NCBI GenBank assembly: GCA_965235115.1 | Contig: OZ249436.1 | Coordinates: 13,580,001-13,640,000 of the forward strand | DNA from: Laetmonice hystrix | Lineage: Eukaryota | DNA: 60,000 bases | Reading direction: 5' to 3' | Shown here: piece by piece, positions 1 through 12,120 of the stretch | Layout of the letters: every line of letters begins with the position of its first letter | How positions within the stretch are numbered: position 1 is the first letter of the stretch | Program-made: the position numbers and the translations under genes | The notes under the pieces: model-generated | What the model was told of the DNA's origin: nothing | Databases searched by the model: none | The model's input: the letters and a program-made list of their open reading frames with translations, nothing else

Positions 1-889
1 GGCATGAACTTGACCTAAGTATGATTGGAATTAATATGGAATGTTTCATGATTTCATATGAAAGGATCTGGCCAGAACTTGAAACCATTGTTAAAACTCA
101 TGGGTATCAGGTGGAACAGGACTTGTGTAAATTTTAATAAAAGGTTAACACATCATGTCACTTTCATTAAATCTTTTATGGAACATGTCAAAAATTGAAA
201 TAAAACATGATCGGTTCCTCTTTGATTGTGTTCGATAAGGATCTATGAAAAGCCTAATTATATGCCTGAATAGGCTTCCTTGTTGTCTGTCGGTGTATTT
301 GATTATTTCCGCTTCATGTCCCAAAAGCGCGAGGACAGTTATTTATTGTTAGGACCATTTCCTTCGTCCTGAAAAATGTCGCCATAGAATGAAATGGCAG
401 AGGGAGATATGATTTATTTTTTCTAAAAGCGCCGTTCAAGTGCTTTTATGAGTTTATTTTGTTTTGAGTATTTTACACTGTTTCGTTGTGATCAGTATGA
501 ATGTAAATAGAACTTTTTTTGAACCTCCCTTTGTAAAATATAATTCTACAGGACTAGTAACCTCGAAACCTGATTCAAGGCTCACTCTTTCTTCCCGACA
601 ACTCTGCAGGTGCTGCTTTGATCTTTGAGACAATCCTGCCTCTCATTTCACATAGCATTACACATTGTGTTGCCAAGGCCATCGAGCAATCCGTTGTTAC
701 ATTGAAATGTGACAAGACCATAGAAAGTGTCTTTGAGATGAGAGACGGGAGACTTGTCTGGGTGTAATGTTCCACAGTAAATGTCACGGAGAGACAGAAT
801 GGAGCAGTATCACAGTAAACGACAGAGGGGTAAAAATGCCAACAGTTGGTCGCATGAGGACTGGGGGCTGCAGACCTGTCGATTACCAG

Positions 890-1102
890 GGCCCGGTTTT
901 TTGGTTTACTTTTCCACCCTGAGCAAGGGTGAGTTGAGCTGAGTAAGGGTGGGCATGAACTCATGCCGTGAGGCGTGCTCACGGCGAGCAAGCTTACGGA
1001 GAAAAAAAACCAAAACGAAACTGTGAGCATGAGCTCTGCTCACCCTTGATCAGCTCAGCTCACCCTTGCTCACGGTGGAAAAGTAAACAAAAAAACCGGG
1101 CC
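890..1102. mobile_element. MITE, PIF/Harbinger-like (213 bp)
   Basis: ~75-bp imperfect terminal inverted repeats (ggcccggtttttt...aaaaaaccgggcc) flanked by a CAG direct repeat at 887-889 and 1103-1105, consistent with a CWG target-site duplication. Confidence 0.8.
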
Positions 1103-1212
1103 CAGGACTTAGTGTCTGAGCAACAATTACTTCGTGTATAGTTGAATGAGGAGGGGTAGCAGGATGGAGGGAGCGTAGGAGGGAGGGAGGAAAGATGGGG
1201 AGGAGGGGGGGG

Positions 1213-1213
<1 letters not shown>

Positions 1214-1297
<84 letters not shown>

Positions 1298-1303
1298 GCA
1301 GCA
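1214..1303. repeat. (CAG)n microsatellite, intronic
   Basis: ~30 GCA/CAG triplets with two GAA interruptions; accounts for the poly-L and poly-A ORFs. Confidence 0.95.
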
Positions 1304-1993
1304 TGCAAAAACCTCAAACGAAGATGACTAAAATCTGTAATTTGAATTATATATAATATGCGACAAAAATGTTCGTCATATGAAACATATTAAATGACAT
1401 TGAAAGTCAGGCCATAGTCTGGCTGGGTATACTGGTATTTAGTGGATTAGAGATTAATTTGTCTTTACATGAAGGTTTTCTTGCTGGGTTCACACCTCAC
1501 CTTCTGCATTAACGTAAAGGTAATCAGGGAAAGTGACAGCAAGACTGCTTTCATTTGTCCACGCATTCAACCTGCCGCTTTAAAAGTTCCCCATTGCCCT
1601 AATCCTCTAATCTTTGTCATGCTTGTAGCTGTCATTGATTTTGAAGCCTTGCTTTAGCGTATTAGTGTATTATTACCTGCCAGTGACAGTCGGCATAAAA
1701 GTGTTATGATTGAGTGAAGAAGCATATCATGAAAAGTTGATGGTATTTTCCTGTGCTCATTCTAATATCGCGTGAAATGTTCTCGACATTTTCCCAATCA
1801 AGGACAGGACCTTCTTTTATAGTGGCATGATTGCGTCATTGAAAATTTAATGAAGCTAATTGCAGTGTCATGTTATGTCTCCATAGCAGATACCTATAAA
1901 TTTCTCCTTTTTTGTCAGCATTCAATGAGAAAAGATTAATATTCTTTGAAAGGACACGTAGAAATGCAGTGGTTGTTTGTTTTGGTGTTACAG

Positions 1994-2287
1994 ATTACCA
2001 AGGACGTGATAGAAGACTTTATGTCCGATAACGTCAAGTACCTGGAGCTGCGCACGACGCCACGTGATGTGGCGGCCACTGGCATGACCAAAGATAGTTA
2101 CATCGTCAGCGTTCTCAAGGCCATCGAGGAGAGCAACGACCGTGACGTCATGGTTCGCTTACTCCTGGCCATTGACAGAGGGCGCCACAGTGTGGAGGAG
2201 GCCCAACAGGTGGTTGACCTGGCGGACAAATACCGAAACCTTTCCGCTGGGGTGGTCGTCGGTGTCGACCTGAGTGGCGATCCCTCG
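1994..2287 (+). CDS. ADAL: Adenosine deaminase-like protein (N6-methyl-AMP deaminase family), internal exon A; first exon found in the window
   Basis: Acceptor ttacag at 1988-1993, donor gtgagt at 2288; 294 nt, phase 0/0. Encodes ITKDVIEDFMSDNVKYLELRTTPR...VRLLLAIDR...VVGVDLSGDPS, matching the ADAL KYLELRSTPR and GLDLSGDP motifs. Confidence 0.95.
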
Positions 2288-2509
2288 GTGAGTGGGCAGA
2301 CACTCTCCTGGTGTGTTTAATGTATACACGCGGCATTTGTTTTAATGCGATGTGTTTTTTTGGTGAGGAATGTGAATTATCGAAAAAAATGGTTTTGTCA
2401 GGCGTTCTATATGGTCATGGTGTGATTTTCAAAAAGTCGAAGTTATAGTGGTAGTATTTGCCCCTTTGAATGGTGCTTGTTTGTGTTTTTCGGTTGTTTT
2501 TATTTTTAG

Positions 2510-2590
2510 AAAGGAGATGCTCGACTTTACATACCTGCTTTAAGAAATGCAAAGGCACGTGGACTCAAACTCGCCCTTCATCTTGCAGAG
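2510..2590 (+). CDS. ADAL: ADAL exon B
   Basis: T-rich tract plus tttag acceptor, donor gtgaaa at 2591; 81 nt. Encodes KGDARLYIPALRNAKARGLKLALHLAE, which includes the metal-binding His and catalytic Glu (HxxE). Confidence 0.93.
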
Positions 2591-3263
2591 GTGAAAATCT
2601 TACACATTTTTCAGTATGATGTATTTAATAAATATTAACATCCTAGACCAAGTTAAACCAATGTCTCGCCCTGTCAATATTTATGATAATCATAACGTTT
2701 CTTCCTGAGGATTTAAAGAATATGAAAAGTTTTCCGTTTTGAGATGAAGAATGTTGACAACGAAATCTTAACGGGTGACATTGAATATTTATGGACAGAT
2801 GGCTAAAGCTGTCATTAATACTTCTCAGGATGAATCCAATAAAGTCATTTTATAGAAGCTAAAATACCCGCAAAAACATATTTCATGATTATTATGTCGA
2901 TTCGGTTACATTTTATAGGTGATTACAAGGATTTTGTGCTTTTCCTTCGATAAGAAATAGATAAGAAAAGTAATATATCACACCAATAAAATAACCAAAC
3001 ATGACGCTTATTGCAGAAATACAGTCCGGGTGGTTACTTGATAAGTGGTGTACTGCTAAATAGCAATATTCGAGATAATCTGAATGGAGAAGTTACAAGT
3101 ATAAATCAAAGTTAAAACATTATTGACGAGACGGAGGGGTTAAGGTTTTGGATATTTATTTTTCATGAGACTTGTATGAAAACGTTGCCAAGACTAAATT
3201 AGGATGTTTATGACGTTATCCACAGTTGCAGTACTTACGTTGATTTATCTGTTTATTTAAAAG

Positions 3264-3402
3264 CTAGCCAACCAGAATGAAGAATGTGAAGAGCTACTCA
3301 AGCTTCCCCCTGACCGCGTTGGTCACGGTACATTCCTGAGTCCAGAAAGAGGAGGAACCCAGGCGAATATGGATGTCATGGTCGCCCACAAGATACCAGT
3401 TG
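3264..3402 (+). CDS. ADAL: ADAL exon C
   Basis: aag acceptor at 3261-3263, donor gtgtgt at 3403; 139 nt, phase 0/1. Encodes LANQNEECEELLKLPPDRVGHGTFLSPERGGTQANMDVMVAHKIPV with the conserved DRxGHG motif. Confidence 0.93.
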
Positions 3403-5872
3403 GTGTGTATTAAGAATATGTGGTAGAGTAATCACGTAGGAGGCCAGTATGAATACCCACGCTTCCTTCTATGGGAATGAAAAGGAAGGTGTTGTATAGA
3501 TAGGACACATCCCACGTGTTTTTGGAAGAAGTCGCAGGGAGCTAGAAGGATGCTTTTGTTTGCAAGCTCTATTTTCATTAGTACAGAAATGTGTTACCAT
3601 TGCAAAAAACATTTACGGAGGCGTTGACATTATGAGAAGATGAATATTCGATTGTGTATTCTAGTAGATGAATACATTTCTATTGTAAATTTATGCTATT
3701 ATGAAAAAGAATTGCGTTAAAAAACGTCCCCTCCTGCCAGTGACTTATCGGTAATTGATGTCTCTCAGGGATGTTGCTGCAACGTCAGCGCTTAGTTAAT
3801 GAGCTATTAATGACTCTTATCACGAGCTTGACGAACCCAGCCGCGCCCACTCCTGCCATAGGTGTAAGTATGAACCTATGCAGCTGTGTATTGTAGATCG
3901 AAGCTAACACATAGAATGGAAATAACCCACGTACCTGGTAACTTATAAACATGCTAGGTGCTCAGATTACCACAGTAATCTAACTAACTGACAACTTCTC
4001 GATGAAGGGACTGAATTCAGAGGAGACTTAAGTCAGAACCCTGAAAATCTGTATCTGTAACGGGATTAACTGACTAGCATATCTCGTAGTTAGTGCACAG
4101 ATTTACATATATATTGGGATCGCAGAGCCAAGGTTTCGGTGCATTGAAACATTCGTGGATGCAGATTGAGTAGGAGTCCCTGTCTGCCGGCCTTCTATGT
4201 ATGGCCCGGACTGATACGGGTTGTAATCGCTAACAGAACTACATTGTATATAGAACCCTCCCCTTATATCTAGGAACTATTTGATTATCCGTCTCTGGCA
4301 CATATTTCTGATTCTAACCTGATTAGTTCAGCCGTTACCGGTCCAGACAGAGGTCTCTTGATAGGATTACCAGCTAAAATAGATTATCCCCGTCGGATTA
4401 ATGGGTTAACAGGTTATCACCCTGGAGAAGATTGGTATAGAACGGCAACTGTGACTATCACAGAATATCAAGGAAGGTCATATTACTTGCACTTGAAAGT
4501 TATATGGATAGGAATCCTTGAAAGTTTGTTTGAAAAAAAGATATCGACGAGCGAGAGAAAAGGTAAAAGAACATCCTTTTTTTCATTTCCATTCGTAGGT
4601 CTACAGTTTTTTCTAGATGATTTGGGAATGGTATTTCAAGTTCTGCTAACATATGCGATATGTGAACTGGCTCTGTGGACCCACTTACTTCTAATTCCTA
4701 TTGTCTCCTGGTGGAAAAGCATTTAGGACAAGCCAAGTAAAAAGGCAGAATAAAGAGTCTTGTTTAACAGAATTACTTTGAAAGAAATGAATTAAATTAA
4801 ATTCTTGGAAACTTCATTTCAGGAATTGATTTGATCAAGCTAAGAATGTGTGGTGTTTAGGTCTAATATCATGTGAAAGGATGAACTGAAGCTACATAAT
4901 AGATAAATTTACGAGTTGTTGTCGAGTGGTTGGTTTAAGGGCACTGCTTCTTCAGCCCGGGAAGTGTATGAAGGCGGAGGGCGGGCTGGAGCTGCTAGCG
5001 TTTGTGTGGCTCATGAGGTTATTCGTGAAATTGTTTAAAAAAAAAAACATTCTCTCAGTAAAACCTTTTATTTCAGTTTCGAGATTTTAACATTTTTGTT
5101 CTTTTCATTTGACAAAATGTATCTGTAGAAAGTTTAGTATAACTATTTAAGGGATCCACCCATTACGAAATGTATAACATTTTTGATGACTGATGTGCAG
5201 GTATTTGCGACAAGAGAAGGCCTGGTGTGCACTAATAATTAAAGGATATACGGTATGGCATATGATTGCTGTCGTAGTGCCCCCCCCCCCCCCCCGGTCC
5301 GATTGAACTGTGTCGGGGAGGGTTAGGCAGACATTGTGGGCTGAGACCACTCCCTCGTGACTGCTCCTTCATTCATGTATACTTCATTGAAGTGCTGTTA
5401 TCTCGACAGCACTGTCAGACAAGCCTCACACACCGCAATCAAGACACTGTCTCAAGTGGCATTGCGTTCGTTACTGATCTGTTTCTGAGTGATTAACTAC
5501 AAATACACACTCGACGAGACCGGTGATTTGGTTTCCAGACGTTTTATCCAGCCGGGTTTTAAGGGAGTTGGAACTCTTGGCACGATGTATTAAAACCAAA
5601 AGTAATGGCGGTCTTGCCGTGGAGGGATTCCAATATTTCAGTATTAACACTGTGATATTCTAAACTGCTGTACTATAATGAAGATGAATATGAGACAGTG
5701 GCCGTGGCCCCACAACTGACTCAGTATGTAGTGTTGCATTCTCTGTCTGTCTACCCAAAATAAAATACGCTTTGAACATTCAGGATGCATTGATATTTAG
5801 GAAAGGATTGTGTTAAAAGTTGAGCTCGGCGTTAGGAGACAGCAACTCATATAAGGATGTGACCTGTTCCAG

Positions 5873-5973
5873 AAGCGTGCTTGACGTCGAATGTCCGACT
5901 ACAGACAGTCGCTTCATACACTGACCATCACCTGATAAAGTGGCGACAGCGAAACCATCCCTACATTATCTGT
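5873..5973 (+). CDS. ADAL: ADAL exon D
   Basis: ttccag acceptor, donor gtaagt at 5974; 101 nt, phase 1/0. Encodes (E)ACLTSNVRLQTVASYTDHHLIKWRQRNHPYIIC with the ExCxTSN motif. Confidence 0.93.
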
Positions 5974-6525
5974 GTAAGTATACTGGGAATTTGGGAGTTA
6001 CACCACCCCTGCATTATATGTGTAAGTATACTGGGAATTTGGGAGTTACACCACCCCTGCATTATCTATGTAAGTATACTGGGAATTTGGGAATTACACC
6101 ACCCCTGCATTATATGTGTAAGTATACTGGGAATTTGGAGTTACACCACCTCTGCATTATCTGTGTAAGTATACTGGGAATTTGGAGTTACACCACCCCT
6201 GCATTATCTATGTAAGTATACTGGGAATTTGGAGTTACACCACCTCTGCATTATCTGTGTAAGTATACTGGGAATTTGGAGTTACACCACCTCTGCATTA
6301 TCTGTGTAAGTGTACTGGGAATTTGGGAGTTACACCACCTCTGCATTATCTATGTAAGTATACTGGGAATTTGGAGTTACACCACCTCTGCATTATCTGT
6401 GTAAGTGTACTGGGAATTTGGAGTTACACCACCTCTGCATTATCTGTGTAAGTGTACTGGGAATTTGGGAGTTACACCACCCCTGCATTATCTGTGTAAG
6501 TGTACTGGGAATTTGGGAGTTACAC
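5955..6525 (+). repeat. 47/48-bp minisatellite (~12 copies) overlapping the exon D 3' end and donor site
   Basis: Unit ccacc(c/t)ctgcattatctgtGTAAGTatactgggaattt(g)ggagttaca. GTAAGT at 5974, 6022, 6070, 6118, 6165, 6212, 6259, 6306, 6354, 6401, 6448 and 6496. Confidence 0.95.
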
Positions 6526-9179
6526 TATTCAGTAACTTGATTTTTTTCTTTCTAGATCAGGATGAATGTTGTTCTTCGAACTGATTTATTGAAGTGAAAG
6601 CTTTGAGATTAGTCTTTTATACATTCATGCATGTGTATGATAAGATATGGTAATGTAACAATTTTCTGTTGACAATGGTAATTGTATCAAATACAGATGG
6701 ATAGATAGATAAATCTTTATTTCAGTGACATGTTATACTACTGTTATCTTTACATATACATGTAAATCACATAAAATATAATACATACCATTGTAGCACT
6801 GCCCGAAATGTGGCTATCACAAGGCCGGATCCTGTATACCTCTTTCCAACTTTAGAAAAGGCTGACCAGATGTTTCTGTGTATGTATTTTGGTACAAGAT
6901 TCTGTCCAACAGCTGTTTTGCACAACCCATACAGTTCCATGAGATAGACGGACAGTCACTGTTAGCGATACGAGAGAAGAGCCATGACATGTTCCCCAGA
7001 ATTCTGAAAAAAGGGGCGAAGCAAAATCTTGTAGTCCTTTCACTTGTAGTCTCGCAACATTTCCGTGATAGTACCGAGATCTTTACTGCTCGTACTGAAA
7101 TCTCTGTGGTTATTTCATCCCAAGCCATGGGTGCTTGGGATGGACTGACTAGAGAGATTTCCTGTGTATTATGGCACATTGAAATTACAGAGAGCTTATA
7201 ACTCCGACTGGCGTACTGAATGAGATGTGTAAGTAATGCGCATGAGAGGAACAAACTGGTGGATGTACAAACTGGTTGGTAGGAAAGTCGATCGACATCG
7301 ATCAATTACTGAGACATATGGATTTCAGATGATGTCTGTGTTGATCCCGTGGATCAGGACCTGGAGAGGGTCTTCTTGATACGATTATTTGTGGGCCAAA
7401 TCTCTGCCGAGCATGGCAATTATTTAAAGTTCATTTCTAACAGCGTAGTACCCTGAGAGACAAGTCATTTGGATACATGCGACTGTCGCCTCAGTCAACA
7501 GGTTGTTATACTGTTTCTCCTCTCTCAGACTATAGTTGTATGCATCCGTTCTATAAGCCACCAAGAATCTAGCAAGCGTAAAGGGATCCCATTTCTCTGT
7601 GAATAAAGCGATAATTTTTGGGTTTCATAGGATATGAAATGTGCTCATTATTTACGCCACGCGATGAATTGCCTCATGCGCGATCAGCCTCGGCGGCGGC
7701 AGCGACAGCTGCGGCAGCAGCAGTAGAAGTCAGAATTGCCAGATAGATGGTTTTGAAAGAAATACATCCAACCCCTTTTACCACCATAATGAGGTTGTCT
7801 GCCTTGTCTGAACTCAGTGAGAGAAAGGCAAGAACGTTGAAAGGCACAGCAAAGGTTCACTTATGACTATAGCACTTATGAACACTAGGAGTACCTCCTT
7901 CGTGATGTGCAATTAACTCTTCTGAGGGTCCTTGGACGGGCTCCCGTCGTGTGGCGGTATGTCTCCGCCAACTGCCAACGTCACCTGTACTTGCTCCCTC
8001 CAGTGTTTATTATAGGGGGAGCAATCAAAGGCTCATTGTTTTTATGTCAATCGGTCCTATATAAGGCGAGGAAAGAACAGGGGGAATATTGGAAACATAG
8101 ATTACAGGCAAATTATACAAAGAGCCATTGAAACGATTTCTTCGTGGTTCCGAATGCGTGGACGCCGATATTGATATTACAGTGGTGTTCAACCGACTGT
8201 TTCATGTGCGTGCTTTTAGATGTTCCCTTTCTCAGGGAATGGATTAATGGCACCGTCTCACTTCTTAAGCTCCAAGTCTTACTAACACGGTTTCCCCATT
8301 AGCCTGTCCGGCTAGTGATGCATTTCTGCTCCACCAATAACTGCAACTAAGTATTAAATATTCTATGATTTAATATCATGTCTCTCGAGTTTTATCGGTG
8401 GTGATTAGAGGAACATTACGCGCAAACATTTTTAATAGGAAAGCTAACTGAGCGAGGCGTAATAACTTATTTCACCATCAGGAGGCGTTATAAATTGAAA
8501 AGGGAACTACACATATTGTGTAGAACGATTATAGTGTGCCTTTATGGAAGTCAGGGCAGTATGTATGGGGCAGATTAGAACAATAGATTATGTGCCAATA
8601 CAATTGTGTAACATACCTTTCAAGATTCAATGGAGTATCTGCATGATTTCTGGTCATTTACATTTGGGCATATTTTAATTCATGATCATGGTACATAATT
8701 TCGATTCCTCCTCATACCTCGTTAAATTCATTCAGTAGAGACGACACAGTTCGCTGCTCGTAAAGTCTCCTTGCTTGTGTAAAGAAAAGTAAAGTGGCGT
8801 TCTTCCAGGACCCGCCACTGATTCGATCCCCTCCTCCCCATAACAATAATATTGGCGATATCTTCAAATTGTTCCGACGGGCCTGTATATATACATAGGT
8901 AAATACAACCACATGACATATATAATGTGGGAACTCTTTCCCCATGAAATGGATTAAATAACAGGGTATGTGAAACGGGTGAGTTTGATATCAACCTCGG
9001 CATGTACTGATGATGACTGAATGGAAGGCAGCTATAGACGCCTGTGGAGGAAATCTGAGCAGGCGTCAGTCCATAAAGGGAAATTGATGACAGAATTATT
9101 CAAGGTGGGCAGCGTCTTGAAGAGGCAGCAAAAGAACAAGAGAATGGTTTCATGAGGGGGGGGGGGCGCTCCTATTTAC

Positions 9180-9680
9180 GTAATGGGCGGCGTGTCAGCC
9201 CGCCATCTGTAGGACGGGTGGCACACGTCTGCTGTCATTATGAGACTGTAAATCGGAACAATTGATGATAGTCCTCACCTAATATATAATAGTACACCGT
9301 CTCTGGCGCAGTGCACGAGATGAGTGTTCATGATCGGCTAAACTGGTAACCGAGTGCATCGGGGGACAAAGCTGGACTTACAAAGTCTTGAAAACGTATC
9401 TGATTTTTTGGTTTCCAATTCACTAACGTCCCCAACCGCTGCCTTTACCGCTTATCAATGATTACACATGGCGAGAGGCGAACATGTCACTTGTTGTCCT
9501 TGAAAATACGATCGGGCTGATAGTGTTGCTGTCTGCACAAAAACAATGTCGGCATGAGTATAATATAGGCGGGCCAAAGCCGATCATCGACAACTCGACG
9601 TTGTCCAACTGCTGCTTCTGGCTGGAGCTGATAAAAGAGGAACTGGGCAGTCTGGTGGCACGCCGTCCGTCGGTCACCAC
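9180..9680 (+). pseudogene. Decayed ankyrin-repeat coding fragment inside the last ADAL intron; weaker traces over ~7770-10700
   Basis: Same-frame motifs GGVSARHL*DGWHTSAV..IDD..NSTP, AFTA[YQ*]LHMARGEH and LDVVQLLLLAGADK....GGTP. TPLH-equivalent positions 9195 and 9294 are exactly 33 codons apart. Several stops and frameshifts. Confidence 0.55.
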
Positions 9681-12029
9681 TCCGCACGTGTAGTGCCATG
9701 GACAAACCATAACTAGAAGGTTCACGCCCGCCCCACTCACAAGTGGCAACTCTGGTGAAGTCAGTCTGATCATTACTTCAGGAACCGCTCCGAGATATCA
9801 CTGGACGAGAGGACAGGGAGCTTACGGGGGTGGTTGGGAGGGCACGGGGGAAAACATTTCCCAGTTAGGTAGCAAGGACGTGGGTGGAGTTGGGACGATT
9901 ACTCTGAATTAGGGCACTCCATAGTAAATGAACGCCACTCCTTACGGTAAAGGACATCCGCAGGGCAGAGGATTCTTTTTGGTGGATAAATCATTGGAGT
10001 ACTAACTTTAAACCATCTCCTGTGAATTATTTTGTTACGAGAGAAATTCAGAGACACATCGTCAAGTTGTAACAAGATTTACAACTGGATAATTACCTGC
10101 AGATAGATTAGACTAATTAGTGGTTGTCAAATGTTCAGGGACGGGGTGGTCGAGAGTGCGTTAAGGCCAGCGTAATCAGCATCTGCACGATGACGACCCA
10201 TTGACAATATTTGAGACTGATTGAATTCCTTGTGACGATGAATTCATGCAGATTAAGTAAATGGGACACAGTCTACAGGATTTGACAAGCTATGGGTTTT
10301 TATATCGGATGGAAAATCGCATGGTTAATGAACCATGAGCCTGGATATAGTTAAATAACGTGAACGGTTAACGTGGCTATGTTTCTGAAGATAACATTCA
10401 ACGCGGCAGTTTGCATAATGTGCCCGTAATGGGATTTACTTTCTCCTAGTGGTAAATAACTGTAATTTGAAAATTGCATTTGCTATAACGAATACAGCTT
10501 AAAATCAAATTAATCTACGGAATATTAAGTCCATTTATGGTTGGTGTTTGACTGGCACAAAGATCGTACTCAAATGAAGTGAAAGGTATTTAATCTTTTC
10601 AAAGCCGGATTAAGAAGTTCTCTCTAAGTTTGTCAAATTTGCAACACGTTCGCATCCTCATCTGGTATCATATAATGTTAGCAAACGACATACGCAGAAG
10701 TAATACTTTAAAAAAATTGATGTTGAAGAGGTTGTAGACATGACCGAAAATCAATTCTGATATGGACATTAACAGTTCCGACAGTTATAATTAACATTGC
10801 AATCTTTAGTGGAAAGGTTCTTGGAATTCAAAATACTCTCGGAGCCCTTTGGCAATCATCAGTTAGACAGTTGTCTTTTTGTTTTTTCGAAGAGGTTTTT
10901 TAAGCGTCATGTTATGTTGTAGGTCATGACTTGTACGAGAAGTTACCAAAAGGTTCATCAGAGGTCATGCATTTGTCATAGCATGGTCTTGACCGGGCAT
11001 GGCGGTCGCAAATTGGGTTTTTGGACGATTACTCGAGACAGTCCTCGGTCTCCTGCCATATGTAATCTATCCCTCTTGTGGCGAAGAATTGGAAGTCGCG
11101 CTGGAATTGAGTTGAGGTTTTATCTATTGAAAAGGGGACTGATATCTCCTAAGTCAACCATGTCCTCTAGTCTCTGAAGTAATTCGAACCCAATTCTGTT
11201 CAAGATGGGATACTGATTTCGGGCTGAATGGCCGAAGCCAGCAGTTGCAAAGGGAAGTAGGCCTACTCGGACCTGCAGGTTGATATCGACATGTGGAAAC
11301 CCATCAGACTTGCAGGTAGACACTATTAGAGCAGCATTAGGGTAGATGTAATCGCACCAAGACATCCTTCCAGTAGGTACCAATATTCTCGCCGGAACCA
11401 AAGAGTATTTGATTGTGGGCCACCCCGGTTGGGTGTTAAGCGGGCTGTTGGGTGAGGCGTCATATTTCTTGAGCTACCCGCGTGATAAACCGTCGTGTGG
11501 CGCGGGTCCAGTGATCGTGGCTTTTAATCAACTGAATGCATTGGTCCCGACCGAAGAGTTGCAGTAAAACGCGTGGCAGGCCAGCGTAGATGGCCGACAT
11601 TGGTCAAGGATGAGGATGCGGGAGGGGGATCAAGTGATTAAGGAGACAACGTGAGAGTTGTTGGTACGGATAATGCAATGTATAAAGGGTCCTAGGGTCA
11701 GGGCTAGGATGACCGTGAGAAGGGGTTACCCGGTGACCCTAACACAGAGAGATCAACCAGCCGGCCAGCAACATCAGGTTCACCACGCAGTTTCCACGCC
11801 CCCTCTCCCCCAACGTCACCTCCCAGGTTAAAAGAACATTTCTTCGCGAAGCGCGTGGCAGGAGCTGTTGTCCTTACTGAGGTGTGGTCCAGCTAGGTTG
11901 GTGACAGAGGTCTGTGAAGAGGAAAAGAGCGGATTCAAACAGCAACTTGTCTACACACCCACCACTATCTGCCCGTAATGAGTTATAAAGATGAGATGTG
12001 GACATCCTCCCGTGGAGATGGACGGCTGC

Positions 12030-12120
12030 ATACCGTATCTTAGCGATTCTAACCGACATACTGCCCCCAGACAAATGGCAGTCAGTTAGCCGATATTGTA
12101 CCACAACAGTGCTCGGCTCT
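12030..12120 (+). mobile_element. Possible LTR-retrotransposon integrase relic
   Basis: RF*PTYCPQTNG followed after a frameshift by VSRYCTT resembles the integrase YHPQTNG..ERxNxT motif; short and disrupted. Confidence 0.3.

Noticed and set aside
605..770. Possible upstream ADAL exon (LIFETILPLISH) after ctgcag
   Set aside because: Only faint similarity to the expected CFxxFxxIHxL exon, and no in-frame donor at the expected distance.
6915..6950. ISWNCMG resembling the N-terminus of a LINE apurinic endonuclease
   Set aside because: It sits next to the apparent 3' tail rather than a 5' end, and later endonuclease motifs are absent.
9810..9850. Kinase glycine loop-like GQGAYG after the ankyrin relic
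   Set aside because: No VAxK, HRD or DFG motifs found downstream; probably chance in G-rich sequence.
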